A stretch of 62,212 bases of DNA, counting the filler, from Chiloscyllium plagiosum (lineage: Eukaryota): NCBI RefSeq assembly GCF_004010195.1. It is 3 parts of one record of this genome, joined end to end, with 100 filler letters (N's around TTAATTAATTAA, not from the genome) between each part and the next. Parts side by side here need not be neighbours in the genome. Positions count along the whole stretch, not along the records: positions 1 to 24,822 come from NC_057712.1; 2 more parts are not named here. The stretch is one strand, 5' to 3'. Position numbers and translations under genes: made by a program. Shown one piece after another: positions 1 through 12,600 of this stretch; within the stretch, counting starts at the first letter, position 1, and each line of letters starts with the position of its first letter. Below the pieces are notes generated by a model. It worked only from the letters and a program-made list of their open reading frames with translations, was not told the origin of the DNA and did no database searches.

Positions 1-878
1 AGTTACCCTTTTGTCCTTAATATATTTGTAAAAGCCCTTTGGATTCTCCTTAATTCTATTTGGCAAAGCTATCTCATGTCCCCGTTTTTCCCTCCTGATT
101 TCCCTCCTGATTTCCCTCTTAATTATGCTCCTACTTTCTTTATACTCTAAGGATTCACTCGCTCTATCCTGACATATGCTTCCTTCTTTTTCTTAACCAA
201 ACCCTCAATTTCTTTAGTCATCCAGCATTCCCTATACTACCAGCCTTCCCTTTCACCCTGACAGGAATATACTTTCTCTGGATTCTCGTTATCTCATTTC
301 TGAAGGCTTCCCATTTTCCAGCCGTCCCTTTACCTGCGAACATCTGCCTCCAATCAGCTTTCGAAAGTTCTTGACTAATACCGTCAAAATTGGCCTTTCT
401 CCAATTTAGAACTTCAACTTTTAGATCTGGTCTAACCTTTTCCATTACTATCTTAAAACGAATAGAATTATGGTCGCTGGCCCCAAAGTGCTCCCCCACT
501 GACACCTCAGTCACCTGCCCTGCCTTATTTCCCAAGTGTAGGTCAAGTTTTGCACCTTCTCTAGTAGGTACATCCACATACTGAATCAGAAAATTGTCTT
601 GAACGCACTTCAGAAATCCCTCTCCATCTAAACCTTTAACATTATGGCAGTCCCAGTGGATGTTTGGAAAGTTAAAATCCCTGACCATAACTACCCTATT
701 ATTCTTACAGATAGCTGAAATCTCCTTACAAGTTTGTTTCTCAATTTCCCTCTGACGAGTAGGGGGTCTATAATACAATTCCAATAAGGTGATCATCCCT
801 TTCTTATTTCTCAGTTCCACCCAAACAACTTCCCTGGATGTATTTCCGGGAATATCTTCCCTCAGCACAGCTGTAATG
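1..878 (-). mobile_element. CR1 (HER1-like) LINE ORF2 fragment, APE endonuclease region
   Basis: ORF 218..1108 carries the APE motifs WVEL..YRPP, (G)DFNFP, LDL and SDH, followed by the NWRKANF tether typical of CR1 ORF2. Confidence 0.92.
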
Positions 879-2096
879 CCTCCCTCAGCAAGTTTGGCAA
901 AGTGGCTGGTGCCACAGGGATGAATGTTTCTGCACCTCTCGATGATCTTTATCAACAATTGGAAAGGAGAGACCGAGTGCATTGTAGCCAAACATTCTGA
1001 CCATACAGTGATAACTAGGAAAGCAAGATGTGAAGGAGATGGAAAGATTCTGTAAAGGAAAGTCGAGAAGTTAAGTGAGTGAACAAAAGTTTGGTTGACA
1101 GAGTACACTGTGGGAAAGTGTGAGGTTATCCACTTGGCAGGAAGAATAGAAAGGCAGAGTATTATTTAAGTGCAAAAAAACATGTAGTGAGCCTGCAGAT
1201 TGGAAATATTTTTGAACTCAGCAAAGGAGGCTTAAAAATTTAATAAGGAAATGAAGAGAATATAAGAGCGGACTAGCAAGTGCCAAAAATCAGATTGTAA
1301 GTACTTCCATATGTATTTTAATTGTTGCCTCTTGAGCAAATTTGCCAATTGTGGCTCCAACCCAACCCATCTCTATTAAATCAGGTGTGTTTCAGATATG
1401 GGGACAGGTATCACATTCTTGAAAGTTTACCATTTCCGTGCACCCCATCAGGGGAACAGAGGCACGGTGCTTCAGATTTGCCATTGTTTATTCCTCAGTA
1501 GGTCCTAATTTTCTTGACATGTCTTGAATTACAGTTGTGGTGCATTCAAAATAACAATAACTCTTGGATTCCTTTGCATTGTTTTTCTCAGTTAGGTATT
1601 TTAAATAATGTAATAACTCTTATCCAGTCTCATAGTGCCACATGTGTTGTAAATATAGCCATTTAGATCTGAAGGTTGCTGCAAGCAATTCAGTCCTGAC
1701 AACAGGCTACATAATTCACAAGCCCTTGGGACTTGGAGTTACTTCATCAGAGATTAACTGAATTATTGTCCGTATTCAATTGATCTGTGACATTTTCCCC
1801 AATATTTAGCTGTTTTCATTTGATTGGAATCTGTAGTAATTACACTAATGTTCAATCACTGCACAGAAATGGAGATGAATGGATTTTGTTTGGAAGGCAA
1901 GATATTAAGAATCTTGGAATGGATAGGTGGTGTTTAGGTACAAATAAGTCATAATCTAATTGAATGACAGAACAGGCTCAGTGGTCCAGACCCAGTGCTC
2001 TACATGTGTAAGCTTTGTAAAACACCAAAATTACTAATGGGTGACAAATGTTGGTGAACTTTTTACCTGCTTTTCCATTTGTTCTTCTAATTAAAG

Positions 2097-2118
2097 AGAA
2101 ATTGCTGCTGTTGTGGAG
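2097..2118 (+). CDS. Candidate 22-nt coding micro-exon (xEIAAVVE)
   Basis: A long polypyrimidine tract (ttttacctgcttttccatttgttcttctaattaaAG) and a consensus donor GAG|GTGAGT at 2119, in unique AT-rich sequence. Confidence 0.45.
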
Positions 2119-3873
2119 GTGAGTATATAACAACGCTATCAGCTATAGTTACTGATTCAGCTTTCACTTAGAGGTTAATGGCACACTTAATTCATTCTGT
2201 CATTGTTCTGCCTCTGACTTGGGGGCACTGAATAAATTATGTATCAGTGTAACACTGCCAAACAATATAAACCAGAATAATTCTGGGGATAGGATCAGAG
2301 GATTTCTTTTATTTTGAGTTGATGGGTTGTCATTAGTAAAAGAAATACTACTTTGAGTGCCAAATAGAACTTGCACTTTTATCATGTAATTAATGTCCAG
2401 AATAATCAGACAACTAACACCAAAGTAATCTCGTTAATGCAGTCATCTACAGTAAGGGCATGAAAGCCAAACCCTGAGGATAATGGACAGACTTATGAGG
2501 TACAGAGGTAGAGAGATTTTGTAAGTAAGTTAGTGAAAAGTTATTGGTGGTAGGTGGGAATGTGTGGTCATCAGATCAGCTTTGATCTTACTGAATAGCA
2601 GAGCAGGCTTGATGGACTGAATGGCCTACTTTTGCTCTTAATTTGCATGTTTGCACACGCACGCAACAAGCCTTGCTTTTGCTTTTGTGAATTCAGGAGC
2701 TATAATATAAAGGGAAAATGTTGTGGGTGCTATTATAATGAACACCATTACTTGGATAACTTAATGATAATCTCTAAACATATATTCTGCAGATCACCAT
2801 TGAGACATTTTCATCATCAACTGCAAAACTCAAAGATTTTAACCAGAAAGTTAGTTTTTTTTAAAAAACTGCATCTCTGTTATCTATCTCAGATCTAAAT
2901 TTAACAACTGATCTCTCATTACATGCTGTTTTTGAACAGTTCTGAACTTCTGTCACTCTTTGTGTACAGAAGTGTTTCCTAAGTTAATTCCTGAAAGACC
3001 TAGTTCTAATTTTTAGATCATGTTGTCGGGTCTAGATAGCCTAAAATCAATTGATTATTTACCTCATCATATTTGCTTCATTGCAACAGTGGCTTTGTTT
3101 CCAAAATATTTAATTGACAGTAAAGCATTTCAGGATGTCCTCAGGTCACAACAAGCACTATTGAAAATCATTACTGTTTGGGGTCTTACTATAAGCAGAA
3201 TGGTTACATCTCTAACAGTCAGTGACCCTCGACCCTCACACAACATGTGAAATGCTTTGGGATGTGGTAACGCCTAAATTGAAATCTTTCTTATGAAGGC
3301 ATTAAGTTATCCAGGTTGCACTATGTTCATTGCAAAAGTATCTGCAGCATTTTATCCCTGTGTAGTAGCTTCTGAACCTTTGCAAACCTGAGCAAGAAAA
3401 GTCACTTTCATTTGCAAGGAATTCATTACCTCAGTGACTTGGACAGTTTCATGATCCATCCCGGAGTATTGCTTTTACTGACAAGTGTAGAAGTATTTTC
3501 TTTCCCATCTTGGTTTCTCCCCTTGGAGCCTGTATTTCCCTTTCTGGAGCCATGCTCCCCAAAGCCCAGGCCAGGGACTTTCCAACCCAAGGATCTCACA
3601 ACCCTTTCCAACTCCGAGATCTCGCTGCTCTCTCCCACCCAGGGACCTCACGACCCCTCTGGCCCATTAACCTTACTGTCCACTCCACCCCAGTGAGCTG
3701 TCTGCGATCCAGCTGCATGTTCACTGCTCACTGTTTCCCCAGTAACAAGGCCTTTCTCATTTACAGGCGCAGGCTTGTGAGAGAAATTGCCTCTAGCTGG
3801 CCGGGTGACCCCATACAGATTCTGCTCCTTCCATGTCTGGGGGGTGACTTTCTTTGATCGCCCTGGTTTGATT

Positions 3874-4174
3874 CGATTAGATTCCTTACAGTGTGGAAAC
3901 AGGCCCTTTGGCCCAACAAGTCCATACCATAAGAGTAACCTACCCAGACCCATTTCCCTCTGACTAATACTATGGGCAATTTTGCATGGCCAGTTCACCT
4001 GAACTGCACATCTTTGGACTGTGGAAGGAAACCGGAGCACCTGGAGGAAACCCATGCAGACATGGGGAGAAGGTACAAACTCCAGACAGACAGACACCTC
4101 AGGCTGGAATTGAACCTGGGACCCTGGTGCTGTAAGGCAGCATTACTAACTACAGAGGCACCATGTCACCCCAA
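3874..4174 (-). mobile_element. HE1-type V-SINE
   Basis: tRNA-like head, V-domain (gtctggagtttgtaccttctccccatgtctgcatgggtttcctcc on minus), CR1-like tail, flanked by TTGATT at 3868-3873 and 4175-4180. Confidence 0.9.
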
Positions 4175-4273
4175 TTGATTTGAATTTTCTCGGGTTTTTG
4201 AAGGGTGAATTTGCTCACTGCCATTGTTTATTTTGCATACTGGTAATGGGGTTCCTTTTGTGTTTTCACTCAG

Positions 4274-4297
4274 ACTATTTTAAAAGAGCTATATTAA
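4274..4297 (+). CDS. Candidate terminal coding exon (TILKELY*)
   Basis: Acceptor ttccttttgtgttttcactcAG. Phase 0 is compatible with exon 2097-2118 and gives ...EIAAVVETILKELY*. Confidence 0.35.
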   Translation, partial: TILKELY

Positions 4298-4558
4298 ATG
4301 AGGGACATCTGATAATAATTCTACCATTTATCCAACTGCTGCTGCTCTTGACTTGATGCTACTTTGAAAACTGCATTTTTTTGCTTTTGGATGGTTGGTG
4401 GCTAAACATTGATTTTTTTTTTTGTTTTCATCATCTGTTTGTTTTCAAAGCTCGGTTAAGATGAATGTTTGGAATTACAAGTGGATAAGCATTGACCCTG
4501 TGGATGGGGTGGGAAATTGGGTCTTAAGAGAGATGTCAACATTAATTACACCCAGCAA

Positions 4559-4608
4559 CTGTTCCCTGGATGCTGCCTGACCTGCTGTGCTGTTCCAGCA
4601 ATAAAGTT
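4559..4608 (+). mobile_element. 50-bp Penelope-like terminal fragment with 23-bp target duplication
   Basis: The insert gatgctgcctgacctgctgtgctgttccagc matches the PLE ends at 35490-35535. Direct repeat tcaacattaattacacccagcaa at 4536-4558 and 4609-4631. Confidence 0.85.
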
Positions 4609-4844
4609 TCAACATTAATTACACCCAGCAAAGTATGCAGGCTTCTGATCTTCTGCGGTCTGCATAACATTTCTAAATGTTGTTCTTTACAACACCACCT
4701 CAGCAACTGAATCCAGTCCTCTTGATGAGACTTGACAGAAAATTAATTAAATGAAAAAAGGAGGAAAGTATTGATCATCAGCAATGAATCACAGTACATT
4801 TGAGTTATATAGCATGCTGTTAAAAATCACTCTAAAGGGAAAAA

Positions 4845-5780
4845 AAAAACTTGCATTTACTCTTTCACAATCACTGAAATTCTTACACCTTACAGCCAAT
4901 GAAGTCTCGAGTCACAGAGTCATAAAGATGTAGCGCAAGGAAACAGACCCTTCAGTCCAACTCGTTCATACTGACCAGATAACATAAATTAATCTAGTCC
5001 CATTTTCCAGCACTTGGCCCATATCCCTCTAAACCCTTCCTATTCATATACTCACTCAGATGCTTTTTAAATGTTGTAATTGTACCAGCCTCCACAACTT
5101 CCTCTGGCAGCTCATTCCATACATGCACCACCCACTGCATGAAAAAGTTGGCCTCTCGGTCCCTTTTAAAGGTTTCTCCTCTCAACTTAAACCTATCCCT
5201 CTAGTTTTGGATTCCACTACCCTGGGGAAAATACCTTGGCTACTTACCCTATCCATACCCCTCATGATTTTATAAACCTCTCTAAGGTTACCCTGAGCCA
5301 AGGAAAATAGCCCCAACCTATTCTGCCTCTCCCTATAGCTCAAATCCTCCAAACCTGGCAAAATCCTTGTAAATCTTTTCTGAAATCTTTCAAGGTTCAC
5401 AACAAGTATATTCAGCGCAGTCACTACTGTAATTGAGGACTTTAGGGCAGCCAAATTTTACGCAACAATCTCCCACAAACTGCAGGGTGATGATGACCAG
5501 ACAATCTATTTTCTGCCGGTGCTGGTGAAGGTTATGTGCTGGCCATGACACTGGTGATAACTCATCTTGTCTCCTCTGAGATAGTGCCAAAGGGTCTTTC
5601 ACTCCTACCTGAGCAGGGAGACTGGGCCTCGATTTAATGCCTCACCTGAAAGGCAGCAACTTTGACAGCACAGCACTCAGAATGGCAATCTTGAATTTTG
5701 TGCTCAAACAATGCAAGGCAGCTTGGATCTGTAACTGTCCAACTGAGAGACGGGTGTGCTATCTACTAAACCACAGCGGA
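4845..5780 (-). mobile_element. Deu-domain SINE (SacSINE1/AmnSINE1-type) interrupted by a CR1 3' fragment
   Basis: Deu-like core (ctttcaggtgaggcattaaatcgaggcccag...ctggtcatcatcac on minus) at 5405-5780, with its tail at about 4845-4905. Confidence 0.75.
4910..5402 (-). mobile_element. CR1 3' fragment
   Basis: LERFQKRFTRILPGLEDLSY...WNELPEEVVEAG, ending in the (ctatgact)-type tail. Confidence 0.9.
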
Positions 5781-5944
5781 CACAATTTTCGTCTATCACA
5801 GATTTGTTCATTGGCGACCTTGGTTTGGGATATAATAACAGAGGGAGGTCAATGTAAGCAAATGGTTCTGTTGATTATAGAGTCAGAGAGGCACAGTAAG
5901 GCTGGGTGTTTCATAATTTAATCTGCATATAAGGTCAAAATGCA

Positions 5945-7480
5945 TCAGAATCAAAGAATACTTACAGCACAGAAGGAGTCCATTCGGCCCACCATATCTG
6001 TGCTAACACTCTGAAGGAATAAGTAATTTGTTGCCGCTCCCTGATCTTCTCCCCATTGTCCTGCAAGTGCCTTCGTAAGGCTTTCATTGAATCGACTTCT
6101 GCCATACACTCAAACAGTGCATTCCACATCTTCACCATTTCCTACATAGAGGAGATTTCCATCAATACCATTGCTTCTTTTGCAAATTGATTCAAATCTG
6201 TGCTTCCTGGATCTCAGTCCTTGTCCCAATCGGAATAGCATTTCCTACATACACTTTCGAGATGCCTCATGATTTGAAAGTACCTTCATTAAATCTCTTC
6301 TGAATCTTCTCTCCTTCAGGAAAACAGAACCAACTTTTCTAGTCTCGTCATGTAACCAAGTTCCTTACCCTGGGCCTATTTTCATGTATATTTTCTACAC
6401 TGTATTGCCTTCATATCCCTCATAAAGTATAGTGCCCAGAACTGAACCTGTATTCTATAGAGTTTAATCATAACTTCCTTATGATTATATTCTGTGCTCC
6501 TTTTCATAAAGTCTGTGATGATTCATGCTTTGCTTTCTGATCCCTTAACCTATCCTGCCCTTGAATGACCTGTAATACCAGATTCTTCTGCTCCTGTAGC
6601 CTCTTTAGAGTTTATATTGTCAGTCCACATCCTTCCTACCAATATGAATCACTTTACACATCTCTGCATGAAACCTCACCTGCCACCTGTTCACCTTTTT
6701 TACCTGTCCTCTTGAAGTTCTATACAAAACCTTCTCATTGTTCACAATATCCCCATGTTTTATATTATCTGCACATTTCAAAATTGCAACTTGTACACCA
6801 AAATTTATGTCACTAATTTATCAAGAAAGTGGATTCTCACACCAATCACTGGGGAAATTCACAATAAACTTACAATAAAATGGCCAATTACCACTACTTT
6901 CTGTTTCCTGTCACTCACACAATCTTGCATCCATGTCACTATTGTACCTTTTAGATACTTTCTCATCAACCTGTTCAGAGATGTTATTACAATGTCATTA
7001 CAAGCTTTTGGAGCTGATGGGACATGACCTGAGTCTTCTGGCTCAGAGGTAGGGACACTATCACTCTGTCACAAGAGACTTCATTGTACCCTCTATTCTA
7101 TGAATTGATCTTTGCTCACTGTCTGTTGTTTGGGCACTTTATCAAAAGCTTTTAGAAGTCCATGTACCGCATGTACCAAAACTTCAGTATGTTCATTAAA
7201 CGTGAGTTGCCCTTAAGTAATCTGATGACTACATTGTATTTTGCTGAGTAAGGACCGATGCAAAGTAGCCATTTAATACCTCAGCCATGTTCCCCTCCCC
7301 ACCAATCTCCACGTATAAATCTCTATTCGGTCCCAAATTGACCCCACTGCTTTTATTGCCCCTTTACTATGTATACAGTAGCCCTTTGGATGTTAATTCA
7401 TTTTCATTGCTGGTGTCTTTTTATACTGCCTTGTTGTTTTTCTTATTTGTTCTGAACCTTCTATATTTGGACTGGTTCTT
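5945..7480 (-). mobile_element. Old, degenerate CR1 RT and 3' remnant with a short tRNA-head SINE at about 6960-7080
   Basis: Tail motif acagcacagaaggagtccattcggccc and scattered RT-like codons. Confidence 0.6.
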
Positions 7481-7757
7481 GATTAAATTAGGTAGGTGGC
7501 ATCTAGGTGACACTTTTTGTCATCGTCATCTTTATCTCTTATCAACTAAGGAGCGCTGAATTTCAGGGAGCGGCAATTAGGATCAAAGATTTACAGTCGG
7601 AACTTATGCAAAAGGTCAACTATTTTTCCAGAGACAAGAACATAACTAAACTTATCTTCTTCTTTATTGTTAAAATAAATCCAGGTGTTGTGTAGTTCTT
7701 CCGGCCATTGATGAGAACTTACAACAAAATAAACTGCAGAAGCTGGTTATACAGCTG

Positions 7758-8050
7758 GGTGGCAATGGTTTGGGGGTATTATCGCTAGATTATTAATCCA
7801 GAAACTCAGCTAATGTTCTAGGTTCAAATCCTGCCATCGTGGAATTTGAATTCAGTAAAAAATCTGGAATTAAGCGTCTGGTTCACTCTTGTCCTTTAGG
7901 GAAGCAATCTGTCATCCTTACCTAGTCTTGCTTACACGTGACTCCAGACCCACAACAATGTGGTTGATTCCTAATTGCCCTTTGGGCAGTTAGGGTTGGG
8001 CAGTAAATGCTGGCCTGGCCAGAGATGCCCACATCCTGTGAGTGAATAAA
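7758..8050 (+). mobile_element. tRNA-head SINE with a CR1-clade LINE-type 3' tail
   Basis: B-box ggttcaaatcc and body ctggttcactc..gtgactccagaccc. The tail gggcagtaaatgctggcctggccag resembles the LINE end at about 14240-14310, and a minus-strand copy lies at about 33650-33990. Confidence 0.75.
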
Positions 8051-8519
8051 AGAGTACAAAATAGAATCAAAATGCCGGTTTTGGGTTTGCACGTAGATCT
8101 TTTTTCTTGACTAATCCATAGGCAAGGCTTTCCTCAAATGTCCCGGTTTGTCAGCATCACAGAAAGAAAATCCCCACTCTGGACACAGGATTAACTTAGT
8201 CAATAGTCACATGACAGCTCTTCCAGCGCATCAGCGCTTGGAATGGAAGTCCAAACAGCAGTTCATGCACACAGAGTGGTCATCTGATCAACAAATAGCT
8301 ATAAATTGGAGGACAGAAGAAATGAATATGAGAATGGAGGCTTTTGATCGATGAATGGAGATGGATTGACTCTTGCTGTCTTATTCATTATGATCTTGAG
8401 ATGCTGCACAGATGACCCATTTAAAAAAAAGATCATGCAGAATTCCTTCCATAAAATAGAATCAAACCGACTCGCTTACCAAGGCTTCTTCCTAATTCCC
8501 AACATATAGATACATTTCA

Positions 8520-8885
8520 AGCATTCATAACAAGGGGAATGGAAGAGAATAGGTAAGTTTTGAAACAGCTGTAAAGAGCTTTAGTGGGACCTTATCCCAA
8601 GTACTGTTTGTAGTTTTGTTCTCCTTATTTAAACTAAGGTATAATTGTGTTTGGAGTAGCTCAGAGAAGGTTTCCCATAATCATTGTTGCAATATGGGGT
8701 GAACATCTGCAGGATGCTACATGTTATGGGGAGACTAGAATTAGAGGATGCAGTTTAGGCATAGGGAGTCTCCATTCCAAGATTGATGAGAGATTTTAAT
8801 CATCTGAGGAACCTTGTTCAGTGGAACTCTCTCTCCCAAAAATCAGTGAAGGCTGAGTCATTAAATTCGTTTAAGGTGGAGTTCG
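8520..8885 (+). mobile_element. Old CR1 3' remnant
   Basis: Degenerate AFITRGME..LKQL..LVGP..YC and a WNSL-like motif. Confidence 0.65.
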
Positions 8886-9649
8886 CCTGCACTAATGGCA
8901 AATCTATTAAAACTTAGGTTTGAAATTCAGATTTTTAATGCTTCAACCTGCCATTTGATTCAAAATTGCATCTTCTTGGTGATCAATAACCCCCCATTTC
9001 CCAACCCCAAAGAAGACTGTCATTCAAAAAGGCAAATCTGACTCTCATAAAATGGCGACATTTAGTTTTGAGGTTATTTAGATTATTGTTAAATTTTCAC
9101 CAATAACTAAGAATATCCCAGCTTTTGTTCCCCACTTTTACATTGCCCTCTGGCAATAGAAGGCGATTTCATGGACTGCATTTTGTGCAAGTAGCATATT
9201 TCAATGATCAGGTTTTATCTTCCATTCATGAAGCCAGATTGAAAGCAACATGGCTGAGAAAAAAGACAAAATGAAGCCAAATATTTACCACTTGAAAATA
9301 ATCAAACTATTTTTGAGGAAAAAAAATACTTGATGTAAATAATGAGCATTTCAAATCATCATCAAAAAAACCCTAAGAATATTACAGGGTGTCATCAGCT
9401 TTGCACATCAGTTAAGTCTCTAATGCTTTATCCCTGTGGGATAAAGTTGAGTTGCTTTGACAGATTTAAAAGGTAGCCTGATGCTCTTTATAGGAAGGGA
9501 GAGTACATGAAGTATTCCCTGTGCTGGATGGAAATTTATGGAGTTTGTCACCTCAGGCTTCGGCTATATTGAAGCCTACAGATTTACCAACCATTGCTCT
9601 CTCTTGACTAATTTATGCTCTGCTGCATGTAGCCATTATTGAACTGGCT

Positions 9650-12600
9650 TGACTTATACCTCCCCAACAGAAGGCAGCAGAGAGAGCAATATAATAAAAT
9701 GCTGAGGTCTTGCAATGTATTACACGGCCATTTGGAGGCGGCACTGAGGGCAGCGAGGGTACTCTGGATGGGGAGCTTCAAAGTCCATCACCAAGCATCA
9801 TTGAGTAGTACTACAATTGACTAAGCTGGCCAAGTCCTGAAGGATCTATCTGCAAAACTGGGCCTGTGGTCGGAGGTTAAGGAACCAACACTACCTGCTT
9901 GATATTATCTCTCCTTGAAACTAATGGTTGGAGAAACCACTGCACAATCCTTGAAGAGATGAGGCCTGTCTTTACACTGAGTATGTCCTTTGTCATATTT
10001 AGGACACTTCGACCTCACTAAATGGATCGTTTCAGATTAGACTAAGTAGCTTAAAACTGGGCTCCAGTGAGGGGCTGTGAGCCATTAGCAGCAGCAGAAT
10101 GATGTTTAGTGACCACCATCTGAAACCTTGTGGACTGGCATCGCCACACGCTCTCATTGTCAGTTGGCCCTTGATTTGACAGCAGGCTGGCGGTTTTTGC
10201 CATGTGTCCTCATGTGACTGAAAAGCCAGTTCTCAACCTGCAGATCTTTGGGCCGCTGGACCAGAAAATCCCATGGGGCAAAGGGATCCAGAGCATAGCA
10301 TTTGCTTCCTTTTCTGTCCTTCTTTAATGCCATCATCGTTAAGGTATTTAGACACACACCATGATATGGATTGATGGACAAGTTGATACCAGTTTGGGCT
10401 CCTCCTAGTCATTAATATCAACACTGCTGCACTTCAACGAGAACTTCAGGGTCCATTTGTAATATTTGATGTGTCTAGCCCTGGAGCGATGGCCATTTGA
10501 GAGTTGAGAAATCAGGATTTGGAGATGCTTTTTGATCATTTGGATGTGTTCATTCCATCGTAACTTTGACTTTGCAGGAGTTTTGCCTGAATGCTTGCAG
10601 AGCTGGCTACCAGAAGGACACTAGTCTTTGGTGCCATTACCATCATGCTGAAGCGTGAATTCTGAGGGCTATTGAAGAGAAACAAAAGTAAGGTAACGGC
10701 CTATAGAATCTTTCACTAACATAGGGTGACATGCATGCTTCACTCAGAAACAGCATGTAATGGAAAGAGCAAAGCAATCCCACAATGAACTGATCAGATC
10801 AAAGCTCTGCAGTGCTGCCATATCTAATCTCAAATGGTGGTGCACAAGAAAGCAATGAAAAGATGGAGAAGACTCCCTGTACAAGCCCACCCGCGATAAT
10901 GGGGCCCAACACAAGTGCCAAACAAAAGGCTGAAGCACTTGCAGCTGTCTTCAACTTGAGATTGAAAGTGGATGTACCCACCTTGCCCCCTAGCATCACA
11001 GATTCACTCCATGTGATGTCAAGGAACAGCTGGACATCAATGGTATAGACCCTGGCAACATCTTCACGGTTGAGCTGAATACCTTTCCTCCACTTTTACC
11101 CGTGCCCTTAGCCAAGCTGTTCTAGTACCACCCCAACATTAGTCTCTACTCAAACAAGTGGAAAATTTCCAAGGTATGTCTTGTCTCCAAAAGCAGGACA
11201 AATCCACTTTGGTCAGTTACTCTCGCTCGTCAACAAAGCGATGCAAGGTTTTGTTGACAATGCAATATTCGGCATTTAGAGAGCAATGGCCATGCTCATC
11301 AATTCTCAGTTTGCATTCCATGTGAACTAATCAACTCCAGACTTGTTTACAGCCTTGGTGTGAATCATAGAATAGAATCATAGAATCCCCACAGTGTGTA
11401 AGCAGACCATTTGACCCATTAGGTCACACCTACCCTCCAAATAGCATTCCACCCAGACCCACCCTGCCCCCTCCCCATCCCTGCAACACTGCATTTCCCA
11501 TGGATAATCCACCTAACCTGCACATCTTTGTACTGAGAGAATGTAAATAAAGCAGCTGAATTGTAAAGGGGAGGTAAGAATGACTGCCCTTGATATTAGC
11601 CCTCATTTGACTGCGACAAGGAAGCACAGCAAAAATGGAGTCAAGTGGAATTGGGGAACAACTCTCCACTGGTTGGAGTCATACTTAGCATAAAGGAATA
11701 TGGTTCTGGTTGTTCAGGGATAATAATTTAGCATGAATGGAGGGTCGGTTAACAGACAGCAAGTTAAGATAAGGAATAAATGGTACATTTTCCAATTGGC
11801 AAGCTGTAGCTAGTGCATTATCTCAAGATAAACGCTAACGTCTTAGTTATTTGAAGAGGAATATATCTTAAGTTTGCTGAAATAAAGTTAGGTTGGAAAT
11901 AAAGCTTTGACAATAACATACAAAGAATGAGAAGATGTGTAGAGAGTAAGGGAGTGCACAACAAGATGACAGATGAAGTGTATTGTGGAGAAATTTGAGA
12001 TTATTCACTTCGAATGGAAGAATAGAAAAATGCAATATATTTTAAAAGGTATATATGTTGATGTACAGAGAGACCTGCAAGTGCTCAAACAAGGAACACA
12101 AAGCTATTGTGCTGGACAGTCAGCAATTAGAAAGGCAGGTGGCATATTGGCTTTTATTGCAAGGAAGCTGGACTGTAAGAATAAAGAAATCTTACTACAA
12201 TTATACATGATTGTTTGATGAAACAACATTTGGATTGCTGTGAGTAGGTTTAGGGATAGCCAATTTTAAGGAAGTATACACTCACACTAGATTGTGGTCA
12301 ATGATGGTGGCATCATGGTGAGCAGAGTTGTTGACTTGGGTTTACTTCCTGGATTTCACAGCTTAGAGGGTGTTATGGTTCAGGATACTGTTCTTACCAC
12401 TGAGCCAGAAGGTCTCTGTTCAGATCTTGCATGTCCCAGAGGTGTGTCACAATATGTCTAAAAAGTTTGTTTAGAATTACTTACTTAAACAAATATATTG
12501 GAGACAGTTAATTACCACTTCTTAGTCCAAGCAAACATTCCCTTGATATTCTCTGGAGTGAGAGTGTTGTCCTGTAATAAGAGGCTGAGTAAGTTGAGTC

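Noticed and set aside
7551..7615. Coiled-coil-like peptide SAEFQGAAIRIKDLQSELMQK
   Set aside because: Weak donor (gtcaac), no compatible partner exon, and it lies beyond the proposed stop at 4297.
8530..8560. Plus-strand donor AG|GTAAGT
   Set aside because: It lies within a degenerate CR1 RT remnant.
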